A stretch of 64,000 nt of DNA from an uncultured Clostridia bacterium (GCA_937911665.1 CALDQB010000039.1:14601-78600); one strand, 5' to 3'. Shown: positions 9,754 to 19,486, counted from the stretch's first letter. Numbers and translations: made by a program. The notes: a model not told the origin generated them from the letters alone.

Positions 9754-12105
9754 TTATCTCTTCATAAGCTTCATTACCATTACCGTCATATCATCTTCTA
9801 TCTCTCCTCCGTGCAGCGTTCTCGCCATTTCCATTATTCTGTCTGCCAGCTCTTGTGCCGGCATATTTCCGTCGGCATCCTCTACCATAGTTTTTATCCA
9901 GTTTTCGTATCCCTTTTTCATCTGGAGTCCGTCGCTGAGCATAACTATAATATCCCCCTCGCCGAGTCTGTGCGCAAAGCTTTCTATCTCCATATTCTGC
10001 ATAACACCTACGGGCAGAGATGCCGCTCTCACAGTTTCCACCCTGCCCGACCTTTTAATATAACTCGGCTCTGCTCCGTTCTTTATAAATTCGGCATCAC
10101 CGCACATCAAATCTATCACACACATATCCACTGTTGCAAACGCCTCTTCTGCCGACTTCATCACCATTATCGAATTTATAAGTCTCACCGCTATAGTCTT
10201 GTCAAAGCCTGCCTCTAAAAAGTCACCGAGCAATCTCACGGTAGCACCGCTATCCCTCGACGCCCGCTGTCCCGTGCCCATTCCGTCGCTGAGCGCCGCC
10301 GCATATTTGCCGCCGCTTAAATAGCGCATCACACAATTGTCGCCGCTCTCCTCCATTCTCCCGATGCTCGCTTTGCCCGCTTCTATATAATACCCCTCGG
10401 GTTGAGTAAATCTCACAACAACTCCCGTTTCAGTCTCCACCGCACCGATTGCGCACATACGAACGCCGATCACCGACCTCAAAGCTCCTTCTATTCCGTA
10501 CCTTCCGTCTTCAATCTCTATTTCGGAGGGCATTTCAACATAGGCGGAATATCTGCCTTTTGGACTGACTGTTATATCAAGTGCACCAACCTCTATCCCC
10601 TTTGACGCAAGCTTTAATCTGATTTCTGCCTCTGCCTCAGGGTCGGGGCGCTCCTCGCACAGTTCATAAGAAATATCATCGAGTATCTGCGCCACACTTG
10701 CAAGCTGTTCCCCTGCAAGCTCCCGATTTTCGCGAAGCTTACTCTTCCATACGCAATTTATCTTATATATTTCAAATAATCTGTTCATCTCCCGCACGAT
10801 GCTTCGGGGGCGCAGACATCTGCTTGTAAAGCACGCATCTGCATCGCTTTCCAGAAGCTCGCCCTTGCGCTCTGCAATCTCGAGCATTTTAAACATCGAC
10901 TTATATGTAGAATTAAATCCGCTTACCCAGCAATCTCCTATTTTAGAGCATTCTCTGCACACTCTGTCCGCAACAGAATCAAAAAGCCCCGACACGTCCT
11001 CTATATTAGCTATGCTCGCCTTGTCAGACAGATCGAGAAATGTTCCCGCCAAAGTCCTGAACGAATCTGCCGCAACGCCCAGTCTGCCCCTTACATATTC
11101 CCGACACCGCTCTTCGTCTGTCTCTTCTTTCCCTATTCCCGTTATACGCTTGAGTACCCGCACCGCAAAATCAGGGGTAACAACCATAAGAATAACAAAG
11201 GCAGGGATGTCCGCCCACCCGAATATTATAGCCGCATCAATCCCTGCAAACAGCGTGAACAAGCCTGCGCAAACCGCCACCGATGCAGTTGCAACTCCCT
11301 TTCCGTACTTCGCCGCAACACCGCCTGCCGCGCCTGCGAGGGCAAAAACCGCCGTATATTCGGGAATGTTTTGCCATGCGCCCGCAATCAGTCCTATTAT
11401 GCTTCCGCACAATGCTCCCCAATGCGCCCCTCCGCCTATCGAGAGCATAGCGGTAAGCCATAGCGCCGCAATATTGAGAGCGCTTATATAACCTCTCCAC
11501 TCTATGCCTTTAAAGCCTACGAGCAAAATCCCCAAGAGCATAAAAAAGCATATCTTCTCCTCTTTATTCATTGTAAAAAAAGTACTTCTTCTGCCGAGAA
11601 AAGCTCCTCTGTTCTTGCCGAAAATTTCAACCCCTATCCCTGTGAGAGCGATATCGCACAGAAGCCTTATCCACCCTCCTGCCGAAAACCCGCTCCACAC
11701 CATCTGCGCCACAGAGCTTACCGCCAAAACACCGCAAGAGGCACAAACTGCAGCGGCAGAAGAAATCTCCGCTTCCTCTCTCCCCATAGACGCTAAAAAT
11801 ACTTCATATAACAGCATAGCAAATATGTATTTTATCGAAACCGCCATATCAAAAAGGCTCAAATACCCAACAGACGCAAGCAGAAAACTCACGAGCGCCC
11901 CCCTGCTGTGTCTTCTTTCCATAGACAAAAACACAAGTCCGAAAGGCGCAAGTCCTGTCGCAGGCATCGCCCTTGCAAAAAGTATAGCCACGCATCTTAT
12001 GATAAAATCGTATGCGCTAAACCTCTCTTCCTTTTTTAAATGTGTATCCTTTTCCTTTACGGACACACAGCTCACTTCCGCTCTCTCCGTCACATCGTTT
12101 CTCAT
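9754..12105 (-). CDS. spoIIE: Stage II sporulation protein E (membrane PP2C phosphatase)
   Basis: ~783 aa. N-terminal half is polytopic. C-terminal PP2C domain (SGDNCVMRYLSGGKYAAALSDGMGTG ... EDDMTVMVMKL). Start at ATG 12105 behind AAGGAG. Confidence 0.9.
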   Translation of the reverse strand: MRNDVTERAEVSCVSVKEKDTHLKKEERFSAYDFIIRCVAILFARAMPATGLAPFGLVFLSMERRHSRGALVSFLLASVGYLSLFDMAVSIKYIFAMLLYEVFLASMGREEAEISSAAAVCASCGVLAVSSVAQMVWSGFSAGGWIRLLCDIALTGIGVEIFGKNRGAFLGRRSTFFTMNKEEKICFFMLLGILLVGFKGIEWRGYISALNIAALWLTAMLSIGGGAHWGALCGSIIGLIAGAWQNIPEYTAVFALAGAAGGVAAKYGKGVATASVAVCAGLFTLFAGIDAAIIFGWADIPAFVILMVVTPDFAVRVLKRITGIGKEETDEERCREYVRGRLGVAADSFRTLAGTFLDLSDKASIANIEDVSGLFDSVADRVCRECSKIGDCWVSGFNSTYKSMFKMLEIAERKGELLESDADACFTSRCLRPRSIVREMNRLFEIYKINCVWKSKLRENRELAGEQLASVAQILDDISYELCEERPDPEAEAEIRLKLASKGIEVGALDITVSPKGRYSAYVEMPSEIEIEDGRYGIEGALRSVIGVRMCAIGAVETETGVVVRFTQPEGYYIEAGKASIGRMEESGDNCVMRYLSGGKYAAALSDGMGTGQRASRDSGATVRLLGDFLEAGFDKTIAVRLINSIMVMKSAEEAFATVDMCVIDLMCGDAEFIKNGAEPSYIKRSGRVETVRAASLPVGVMQNMEIESFAHRLGEGDIIVMLSDGLQMKKGYENWIKTMVEDADGNMPAQELADRIMEMARTLHGGEIEDDMTVMVMKLMKR

Positions 12106-12176
12106 CTGTAACACTCCTTATACTTTTTATCGCACAACGGGAACTTCGTTTTTAAACGATACCCCTTATCAGAAAC

Positions 12177-12210
12177 ATTATATCCATATTCTTCCAATTA
12201 TTGTGTCGAA
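12177..12210 (-). promoter_or_regulatory. Candidate Spo0A-dependent sigma-A promoter of spoIIE
   Basis: On the minus strand: TTCGACA (0A-box consensus TGNCGAA, + strand TGTCGAA 12204-12210), then 21 nt, then TATAAT (12177-12182). About 70 nt upstream of the spoIIE start. Confidence 0.4.
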
Positions 12211-12257
12211 CTGCGGAGTGTATTAAACTTTTTTAAAAAGTTTTCGCATCTTTTGCT

Positions 12258-12575
12258 CTACTGCAGTTTAAGCAAGATGCAAGTTAGTAAAAGCGCTGCT
12301 GCAAACCCACCCATTATTATCGCTGCAAATCGCCTTCCCCCCCTCTTTTTTCTCTCCCCTGCTCTCTCTATTGTATTTATATAACTGTTTATAATTTCCT
12401 GTGCTTCCGCGACAATCCCTCCGCCCGAAGCGGCGGTCTCTGCCGTAGCCTTTAAAATAAATATTGCCTGCTCGATGGATTCTGACTTTATGTTGCTTAT
12501 TATTATCGCTCTCTTACTTTTTCTCTCTGTCATAGTCTGCCATAGCCCCTCTTCTATTCGTAAATTTATATACAA
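12258..12575 (-). CDS. Hypothetical small tail-anchored membrane protein
   Basis: ORF of 105 aa (start uncertain; in-frame ATG at 12533). Soluble N-part, basic stretch KKRGGRR, then a single C-terminal TM FAAIIMGGFAAALLLTCILL. No family recognised. Confidence 0.45.
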   Translation of the reverse strand: MYINLRIEEGLWQTMTERKSKRAIIISNIKSESIEQAIFILKATAETAASGGGIVAEAQEIINSYINTIERAGERKKRGGRRFAAIIMGGFAAALLLTCILLKLQ

Positions 12576-12616
12576 ATATTCTTGACACAGATTGTAAAAT
12601 TTATACTCTTTGCCAT

Positions 12617-12645
12617 TTGACAGTGTTTTTTATTTGTGATATAGT
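12617..12645 (+). promoter_or_regulatory. Sigma-A type promoter for the 12678 membrane-protein gene
   Basis: TTGACA (12617-12622), 17 nt, TATAGT (12640-12645), with TG at -15/-14. Confidence 0.6.
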
Positions 12646-12677
12646 TATAGTAAAAATTTTGTTGTTTTTTGGAGGTA

Positions 12678-13226
12678 ATGAAATTGAAGACTAGTATCAA
12701 AACGCGCGATATGGTGGTATCTGCCTTGCTTATTGCTATCGGAATACTTATTCCTATGATATTTACAGGCCCTCCCTTCCGCATAGTAGTAGGTCCTTAC
12801 TCTGCAACTCTTATGGCGCATGTGCCCGTGATTATTGCAATGTTCATATCACCTCTTACGGCTACTTTTACCGCGGTGGGTACAACAATCGGATTTTTCT
12901 TTACCGCTCCCCTTATAGTTGCGGTTCGTGCCGCTTCGCATATTGTTTTCGCGGTACTCGGTGCATATCTTATCAGCAAGGGAATACGTGCCATTCTTCT
13001 CTGTGCGATAACAGGCGTTGTACATTCAGTTATCGAGGGTATCATCGTTATGATATTCTATGTAGGCGGATTCAGCGCTCCCAACGCAGGCTACACAATA
13101 GCTTCTCTTGTTATTATTACAATAATTGGAACCTTTATCCACCATTGTGTTGATTTTGCTATCGCCTATGCTGTCGGAAAGGGACTATCGAGAGCGAAGA
13201 TGATTCCCCGTCTTCCAAAGCTTTAA
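12678..13226 (+). CDS. Small polytopic membrane protein, ECF-transporter S-component-like (substrate unknown)
   Basis: ~182 aa, 5-6 hydrophobic helices. General resemblance to TrpP/NiaX-type S components. Start uncertain (ATG 12678 or TTG 12684 after GGAGG). 5' UTR is too short for a riboswitch. Confidence 0.5.
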   Translation: MKLKTSIKTRDMVVSALLIAIGILIPMIFTGPPFRIVVGPYSATLMAHVPVIIAMFISPLTATFTAVGTTIGFFFTAPLIVAVRAASHIVFAVLGAYLISKGIRAILLCAITGVVHSVIEGIIVMIFYVGGFSAPNAGYTIASLVIITIIGTFIHHCVDFAIAYAVGKGLSRAKMIPRLPKL

Positions 13227-13237
13227 TAAAATACACA

Positions 13238-13268
13238 AAGCCGCGACGCTGATGTTCGCGGCTTTTTC
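13238..13268 (+). terminator. Rho-independent terminator
   Basis: AAGCCGCGA-cgctgatgt-TCGCGGCTT followed by TTTT. Confidence 0.75.
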
Positions 13269-13335
13269 TTGACAATGTTATTCAAAGGGCATATAATATG
13301 CTTAAATAATTTAATTTAAGGAGCATATATTATCT

Positions 13336-13671
13336 ATGTTAATTGAATTTGATAAGATAGAGATGACCGTACTGCAAAATTTCAAGGGCGGCGATGGGGA
13401 ACTTTGCGCAAATATGTTTACCGACGAGAATAATAAAATTCTTTTCGGCAGGCTTTCCCCCAGCTCTTCAATCGGTATGCACCCTCACGATGATGGCAGC
13501 GAAATAATATATATCCTAAAAGGCAAAGGCTGTGTTCTCTTTGATGATACCAAGGAACTTCTCATCGAGGGCTCTTGCCACTATTGTCCTATGGGACATT
13601 CGCACAGTTTGATAAACGATAGTGATGAAGACCTGATTTTCTTTGCAGTTGTGCCTGTTCATACGGCATAA
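13336..13671 (+). CDS. Cupin domain protein
   Basis: 111 aa. Cupin motif 1 GMHPHDDGSEIIYILKG and motif 2 around GHSHSLIN. AAGGAG RBS. Confidence 0.8.
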   Translation: MLIEFDKIEMTVLQNFKGGDGELCANMFTDENNKILFGRLSPSSSIGMHPHDDGSEIIYILKGKGCVLFDDTKELLIEGSCHYCPMGHSHSLINDSDEDLIFFAVVPVHTA

Positions 13672-13691
13672 AATTAAAAGGAGTGTTATTT

Positions 13692-14315
13692 ATGACAGAC
13701 TATAAAATGGCCGCAGAGGCTCTTATCCCGAAGCTCGAAATGCGAAATTTTGAGGTATACTATTGTGATAACGCAAAAGATGCGGCAGACAAAGCGATAT
13801 CCTTGATTGATAAAAGCGGTACGGTTTCATGGGGCGGTTCCCGAACTCTCGCTGAAACAGGAATTATTGACCGCGTAAAGAGCGAAGGTTTTTCTGTTAT
13901 AGACCGCTCGCTCGGCACAACCCCCGAGGAGAGCCACGAGATAATGAGACAAGCTCTTCTTTGTGATACATTTTTGACAAGCACAAACGCTATAAGCTCT
14001 GACGGAATTTTAGTTAACATCGACGGACTCGGCAACAGAGTTGCCGCTATGTGCTTTGGCCCTGAAAATGTAATTGTTGTAGCAGGAATGAACAAGCTTT
14101 GCAATACTCTAAAAGAAGCAGAGGACAGAGCTCACAACATTGCGGCTGTACGCAATGCGGAGCGGTTCGGTCTTACCAAAACGGGTTGCTCACGCGGCAC
14201 TTGCTCTGACTGTCTCTCTGATGAATGTATGTGCTCATATATCGTAAAAACACGTCGTTCCAGAGTAAAAGGGCGTATAAAGATTATTCTTGTCGGTGAA
14301 TCCCTCGGATTTTAA
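13692..14315 (+). CDS. LUD (DUF162, LutC/YkgG-like) domain protein
   Basis: ~207 aa. LTSTNAISSDGILVNIDGLGNRVAAM and VIVVAGMNKL are typical of the LUD family. Start at ATG 13692 behind AAGGAG. Confidence 0.7.
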   Translation: MTDYKMAAEALIPKLEMRNFEVYYCDNAKDAADKAISLIDKSGTVSWGGSRTLAETGIIDRVKSEGFSVIDRSLGTTPEESHEIMRQALLCDTFLTSTNAISSDGILVNIDGLGNRVAAMCFGPENVIVVAGMNKLCNTLKEAEDRAHNIAAVRNAERFGLTKTGCSRGTCSDCLSDECMCSYIVKTRRSRVKGRIKIILVGESLGF

Positions 14316-14449
14316 TTGCCCGTGCGAAATTTCTTCGCTATTGCTTTGAGGCGCACATTGGCGCAAAAATCTCTTATCATTCCTTGCCATACGGATAAGA
14401 GAAATCATTTCTATTTGTGCCGACGTATGGCGGCGGAATGGAGATTTTT

Positions 14450-15811
14450 ATGAATATTATTGTTGCAGGCTGCGGCAAGCTCGGCAGAGCACTTGTTAAC
14501 TTGCTTACTGCCGAGGGCGGACACAACATAACTGTTGTTGACCCGCGCCAGAATATAGTTTCTGATATTGTAAATGAATATGATGTTATGGGAATTGAGG
14601 GCAGCGGTGCAAGCCGTGATACCCTTATCGAAGCAGGGATAGAGAATGCAGATATTCTTATTGCGGTAACGGGTTCTGACGAGCTCAATCTCCTCAGTTG
14701 TCTTGTCGCAAAAAAGACGGGCGGAAAGGTAGAAACCATTGCCCGTGTAAGAAAGCCCGAATACAGAAAAGAGCTAAATCTTTTCAAAGAGGATTTGGGA
14801 CTTGCTATGATTATCAATCCCGAGAAAACTGCCGCGAAGGAAATTGCAAAAGTTTTGCGATTTCCCTCTGCTATACAGATTGACACCTTTGCAAAAGGGA
14901 AAATCGAGATATTGAAGTTCAAGATTCCTACAGAGTCTAAACTTGACAATATGAAAATATCTGACATAAACTCACACTTTGACTGTGATATCCTTATATG
15001 CGGCGTAGAGCGCGGCGAAGATGCTTTCATTCCCGGCGGTGACTTTGTCTTAAACAGCGGAGATATGATAAGCATAATTGTACCCCCGGGTCAGGGCGGC
15101 CGTTTCTTTAAGAAAATAGATATTAAAACTCATCGTGTCAAAGATACCACCATCGTAGGCGGCGGCGCCACCTCGTTCTATCTGGCGCAATATCTGATAC
15201 AATCAGGCATAGACGTAAAAATTATTGAACAAAAGGAAGAGCGTTGCGATATGCTCTGCCGTCTTCTTCCCAAGGCGACAATTATCTGCGGTGACGGAAC
15301 GGACGATCGTCTTCTGCTTGAAGAAGGACTTGAGCATACCGAATCGTTTGTTTCTCTCACCAACATAGACGAAGAAAATATTATGCTGTCGCTTTTCGTT
15401 AAAGCAAAGACAGACGCCAAAGTTGTAACCAAAATCAATCGCATAACATACGAAAATATAATAGACAGTCTTGATATAGGTACTACCGTCTGCCCGAAAA
15501 ATCTTTCCGCAGAATATATTATGCGTTTTGTGCGTGCAAAGAACAATTCAATCGGCAACAACATCGAAACTATGCACTATATTCTCGACGGCAAAGCAGA
15601 GGCTCTGGAGTTTAACATCATTGAAAATTCACCAATCTCGGATATCCCTCTTGAGCAGCTCAACCTTAAGAAAAACACCCTTATCGCCTGCATCAACAGA
15701 AATGGCACTATAATAATTCCGCGAGGCAAGGATATCATCCGCACAGGCGACACTGTTATAATTGTAACAACAAACACAGGCTTTTCTGATATAAAAGATA
15801 TTTTGAAGTAA
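14450..15811 (+). CDS. trkA: Trk potassium uptake system NAD-binding subunit TrkA
   Basis: Two Rossmann motifs (MNIIVAGCGKLGRA, TIVGGGATSFYLA), each followed by an RCK_C-like segment. Start at ATG 14450 behind GGAGA. Confidence 0.9.
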   Translation: MNIIVAGCGKLGRALVNLLTAEGGHNITVVDPRQNIVSDIVNEYDVMGIEGSGASRDTLIEAGIENADILIAVTGSDELNLLSCLVAKKTGGKVETIARVRKPEYRKELNLFKEDLGLAMIINPEKTAAKEIAKVLRFPSAIQIDTFAKGKIEILKFKIPTESKLDNMKISDINSHFDCDILICGVERGEDAFIPGGDFVLNSGDMISIIVPPGQGGRFFKKIDIKTHRVKDTTIVGGGATSFYLAQYLIQSGIDVKIIEQKEERCDMLCRLLPKATIICGDGTDDRLLLEEGLEHTESFVSLTNIDEENIMLSLFVKAKTDAKVVTKINRITYENIIDSLDIGTTVCPKNLSAEYIMRFVRAKNNSIGNNIETMHYILDGKAEALEFNIIENSPISDIPLEQLNLKKNTLIACINRNGTIIIPRGKDIIRTGDTVIIVTTNTGFSDIKDILK

Positions 15812-15817
15812 AGGAGC

Positions 15818-17260
15818 ATGGTTGTGAATTACAAAGCTATTTTACACACACTCGGCTGGGTACTCAACATTGAATCCGTGTGCCTTCTTCTCCCTTTGAT
15901 ATGTGCAATATGCTATGGCGAACCTTATGTTCTTCTGTTTGCCGTTTGTATTGTCGCTTGTCTTGCCGTTGGCGTAGGCCTTACTCTTTTCAAACCAAAA
16001 AATACGGCGATTTATGCAAAAGAAGGTTATATAATCGTTGCTCTCAGCTGGATTATGGTGAGCCTTTTCGGGGCGCTGCCCTTTTTCTTTTCGGGTTGTA
16101 TCCCAAGCTTTGCGGATGCCCTTTTCGAAACAGTATCGGGCTTTACAACAACAGGTGCATCCATTCTTTCGGATGTAGAGGCTCTGCCTAAATCCATACT
16201 TTTCTGGCGAAGCTTTACGCATTGGATTGGCGGAATGGGCGTGCTTGTTTTCCTCGTCGCGATTCTTCCCCTTTCAGGCGGCAGCAACTTTCATCTTATA
16301 AGAGCAGAAAGTACAGGCCCTGCGGTCAGCAAGCTTGTACCCAGAGTTAAAACAACTGCGAAGCTTTTATACACTATGTACTTAGGGCTTACTTTGCTCG
16401 AAATTGTTCTTCTCCTTTTAGGCGGTTTGAATTTGTTCGAGTCCCTGACCTTGAGCTTTGGTACGGCAGGAACAGGTGGCTTTTCCATACTCAATTCGGG
16501 ATGCGCAGAATACAGCCCGTATATTCAGGTAGTGATAACTGTTTTTATGGTTCTTTTCGGGGTAGATTTCTCTGTTTATTATCTGTTGATTATGCGTAAA
16601 TTCGCATCTGCTCTGCGCTCGGAAGAGGTTCGTGCATATCTTGGAATTTTTGCATTTGCAACCATACTGATTTGCATAAATATTTTTAATATTTTTGACG
16701 GCTTCGGCGAGGCACTTCGGCATAGTGCATTTCAGGTCGCATCCATTATGACGACGACAGGCTATTCTACGACGGATTTTGACCTCTGGCCCGAGTTTTC
16801 TAAAACTATACTGTTTATCCTTATGTTTGTTGGCGCTTGTGCAGGAAGCACAGGCGGCGGCATCAAGGTGTCAAGAATTATGATATTCTTAAAAAGCGTA
16901 ATAAAAGAAATACGGATTGCCGCTCATCCGAAAAGCACCCACAAAATAAAAATGAACGGCAGATTGGTAGAACACGAAACCGTAAGAGCTGTAAATGTAT
17001 ATATTGCCGCATTTGCTGCAATTTTCGGCATTTCTTTCCTTATTATCAGCCTTGATAATTTTGATTTTACTACCAACATCACTGCAGTTGCTGCAACGAT
17101 AAACAATATCGGTCCCGGTCTTAATGCAGTAGGACCAACCCAAAATTTTTCGGAGTTTTCATCCGTTTCTAAACTGGTCTTCTGCTTTAATATGCTTATC
17201 GGCAGACTTGAAGTATTCCCGCTTTTAGTGCTTCTCTCGCCGTATAGCTGGAAATCATAA
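15818..17260 (+). CDS. trkH: Trk potassium uptake membrane subunit TrkH
   Basis: 480 aa polytopic. Selectivity-filter-like repeats SGFTTTGAS, TAGTGGF, TTTGYST, GSTGGGIKV. Confidence 0.9.
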   Translation: MVVNYKAILHTLGWVLNIESVCLLLPLICAICYGEPYVLLFAVCIVACLAVGVGLTLFKPKNTAIYAKEGYIIVALSWIMVSLFGALPFFFSGCIPSFADALFETVSGFTTTGASILSDVEALPKSILFWRSFTHWIGGMGVLVFLVAILPLSGGSNFHLIRAESTGPAVSKLVPRVKTTAKLLYTMYLGLTLLEIVLLLLGGLNLFESLTLSFGTAGTGGFSILNSGCAEYSPYIQVVITVFMVLFGVDFSVYYLLIMRKFASALRSEEVRAYLGIFAFATILICINIFNIFDGFGEALRHSAFQVASIMTTTGYSTTDFDLWPEFSKTILFILMFVGACAGSTGGGIKVSRIMIFLKSVIKEIRIAAHPKSTHKIKMNGRLVEHETVRAVNVYIAAFAAIFGISFLIISLDNFDFTTNITAVAATINNIGPGLNAVGPTQNFSEFSSVSKLVFCFNMLIGRLEVFPLLVLLSPYSWKS

Positions 17261-17264
17261 AAAA

Positions 17265-17308
17265 ATAAAATCCCGATGTTTCGCAAGAAACATCGGGCTT
17301 ATTTTTTT
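17265..17308. terminator. Bidirectional terminator between trkH and the PRTase gene
   Basis: CCCGATGTTTC-gcaa-GAAACATCGGG flanked by an A-run and a T-run. Confidence 0.8.
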
Positions 17309-17867
17309 ATTTAATTGGATTTCCTTCTCCGTCAAACAGGGGCAGAGGCTCAAGATATATTATATCATCGCGGTTTGCGGCGTCGCCCTCGGCGAGAACC
17401 GCCATTCTTCCAACGATTGTACCTCCTACCTCTTTAACCAATTTTTCAATTGCCAAAAGAGATTCGCCCGTGCTTATTACATCATCAACAATCAGAACTC
17501 TCTTCCCGTTCATTGCGAGCATATCACTCTCACCAAGGCAGAGCATCTGCTTGTTCTCTGTTGTAATAGAATTTACATAGGTTGTATGAACATTCTGCAT
17601 ATACAACTTGGGGCCTTTACGAGCTACTATATAATTATTTTCGCCCGCCTGACGTGCCATCTCATAAAGAAGAGGAATACCCTTACTTTCAGCGGTAATC
17701 ATAATGTCGTGTTCGGGCGCTTTCTTTAAAAGCTCTGCCGCTGATGCCGTTGTAATCTCAACATCGCCAAACATCACAAATGCCGCTATATAAAGATTAT
17801 CGTTTATCTTACAAAGGGGCAGGTCACGTTCCACGCCCGCTATTTTCATTGTATATGCTTTATTCAT
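17307..17867 (-). CDS. Type I phosphoribosyltransferase family protein (purine salvage, PurR-C-terminal-like)
   Basis: PRPP-binding loop VLIVDDVISTGES. Adjacent to a purine permease. Start at ATG 17867 behind AGAGGTG. Confidence 0.75.
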   Translation of the reverse strand: MNKAYTMKIAGVERDLPLCKINDNLYIAAFVMFGDVEITTASAAELLKKAPEHDIMITAESKGIPLLYEMARQAGENNYIVARKGPKLYMQNVHTTYVNSITTENKQMLCLGESDMLAMNGKRVLIVDDVISTGESLLAIEKLVKEVGGTIVGRMAVLAEGDAANRDDIIYLEPLPLFDGEGNPIK

Positions 17868-17888
17868 ACAAAACACCTCTAAATAAAT

Positions 17889-19256
17889 TTACGCAAGGCC
17901 CATAACCTTTAATGCAACATAAACCGCAAACAATGCAACTGATACCCACATTACTGCACTGATATCCTTTGCCTTGCCTGTAGCGAGCTTGAGGACAACC
18001 CAAGCGAGCATACCGAACATAATGCCGTTTGCGATTGAATATGTCATAGGCATCATAACGATTGCAAGGAATCCGCCGATTGTATCAGCGATATCGCCGT
18101 CAAAATCCATTTCCTTAACAGCAGAGAGCATAAGCAAACCAACGAAGAGCATTGCAGGTGTGGTTGCAAAGCCGGGGATAGCAAGGAAGATAGGAGCAAG
18201 CGGGATAGCAATAAGGAAGAGAATACCTGTTGTAAGAGCAGTAAGACCTGTTCTTCCGCCTGCAGATACGCCCGCACTTGACTCAACATAACTTGTAACA
18301 GTAGATGTACCAAGACAAGCACCTGCAACTGTACCTACAGCGTCTGCCATAAGCGCACCGCTTGCTTTGGGAAGGGTGCCGTTTTCATCAAGGAGGTTAC
18401 CCTTCTGAGCAACACCGATTAAAGTTCCTACTGTATCAAAAATATCTGTATAAAGGAATGTAAACATAATGATTACAAAGCCGATGAAGTTCTCTTTGAT
18501 AAAGCCAAAGTCAAACTGGAAAAGAGCCGGAGCTGCAAAGTTTGCCTTTATAGCATCCCATGAAAGTGAGGGGATAAGAGAATATACGCCCGCTTCAACA
18601 TCAACAACATACCAGCCTACAAGCTCTGCAATTATGCCCAATACCCAAGTCGCAAGGATACCGATTAAGATATCGCCCTTAACCTTATAATGATGAAGAA
18701 CACCAATGATAAGAAGACCGATGATTGCAAGAGCAACCTGAGGTGTGCCAAGATTTCCAAGGCCTACCAACGTAGAATCGTTGTTAATAACAACGCCTGC
18801 GTTAATCAAAGCGATAATGGTGATAAACAAACCAATACCTGCTGTGATGCCGAGCTTTAAGTTCTTGGGGATTTTGTTAACAAGTGCTTCTCTGAACTTG
18901 AACAGTGAAAGAATCATAAATATGATACCTTCAATCAAGATAGAGGTAAGCGCTACCTTGTAAGAATATCCCATAGTAAGACAAACTGTGTAGGTAAAGA
19001 ATGCGTTAAGTCCCATACCTGATGCGAGTGCTACAGGATAGTTAGCAAAGAATGCCATACAAATAGTAGCAATTGCAGCTGACAGTGCAGTCGCCATAAA
19101 TATAGCGGGTGCGCCCGGGCCATCGGGGATAATTCCCAGCATACCGGGGTTTACTGCCAGAATGTACGCCATTGCAAGAAATGTAGTAATACCTGCAACG
19201 ATTTCGGTGCGGACATTTGTTCCGCGCTCTTTGAGTTTAAATAACTTTTCCATCAT
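17889..19256 (-). CDS. NCS2/AzgA family purine (adenine/hypoxanthine/guanine) permease
   Basis: ~455 aa. MEKLFKLKERGTNVRTEIVAGITTFLAMAYILAVNP is the typical N-terminus of PbuG/AzgA permeases. Start at ATG 19256 behind GGAGGA. Confidence 0.9.
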   Translation of the reverse strand: MMEKLFKLKERGTNVRTEIVAGITTFLAMAYILAVNPGMLGIIPDGPGAPAIFMATALSAAIATICMAFFANYPVALASGMGLNAFFTYTVCLTMGYSYKVALTSILIEGIIFMILSLFKFREALVNKIPKNLKLGITAGIGLFITIIALINAGVVINNDSTLVGLGNLGTPQVALAIIGLLIIGVLHHYKVKGDILIGILATWVLGIIAELVGWYVVDVEAGVYSLIPSLSWDAIKANFAAPALFQFDFGFIKENFIGFVIIMFTFLYTDIFDTVGTLIGVAQKGNLLDENGTLPKASGALMADAVGTVAGACLGTSTVTSYVESSAGVSAGGRTGLTALTTGILFLIAIPLAPIFLAIPGFATTPAMLFVGLLMLSAVKEMDFDGDIADTIGGFLAIVMMPMTYSIANGIMFGMLAWVVLKLATGKAKDISAVMWVSVALFAVYVALKVMGLA

Positions 19257-19359
19257 ACTTCCTCCAAAGTATATATATTTATTTTTTATTTTTTTCAAAT
19301 ACATACTTCTATGATGTCAATCTCACCGCATTTCGCCTTTTAAAGACAATTACACTTAT

Positions 19360-19387
19360 ATTCTACCATAATAACCGAAAAATGCAA
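19360..19387 (-). promoter_or_regulatory. Candidate promoter of the purine permease operon
   Basis: Minus strand: TTGCAT (19382-19387), 16 nt, TAGAAT (19360-19365), with an extended TG. Confidence 0.45.
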
Positions 19388-19457
19388 GAAATTTTATTCA
19401 TATTTTATTAACATTTGTGTAACGCTTAAAATATTTTTTGTTTTTTCTAAAAAATGC

Positions 19458-19486
19458 TTGATTTTTCAGCCAAGTAGTGTTATAAT
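19458..19486 (+). promoter_or_regulatory. Promoter of tRNA-Arg
   Basis: TTGATT (19458-19463), 17 nt, TATAAT (19481-19486), TGn extended -10, A-rich UP-like tract upstream. Confidence 0.65.

Noticed and set aside
10799-12226. Two long + strand ORFs (230 and 240 aa) overlapping spoIIE
   Set aside because: They are antisense to a gene with clear PP2C and membrane-domain motifs. Their products are low-complexity (S/P/A/T-rich), with no RBS and no recognisable motifs. Similar antisense ORFs occur opposite trkA (14377-15075), mnmE (33526-34080), mtnN (36598-37137), the YitT gene (42656-43342), parE (51854-52570) and recG (228-1591). They probably reflect codon bias that avoids the reverse complements of stop codons.
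14316-14449. c-di-AMP (ydaO/kimA-type) riboswitch upstream of trkA
   Set aside because: Only ~130 nt are available, with no extended pseudo-symmetric helices or conserved ACGGGGA-type motifs visible. This is too weak to call without a covariance-model search.
19257-19450. Possible purine riboswitch in the leader of the purine permease / PRTase operon
   Set aside because: I reverse-complemented the ~100-nt leader after the candidate promoter. It lacks the conserved purine-aptamer elements (the UAUA..GGAUAUGG..CUACC..GACUAUG pattern) and is mostly A/T filler.
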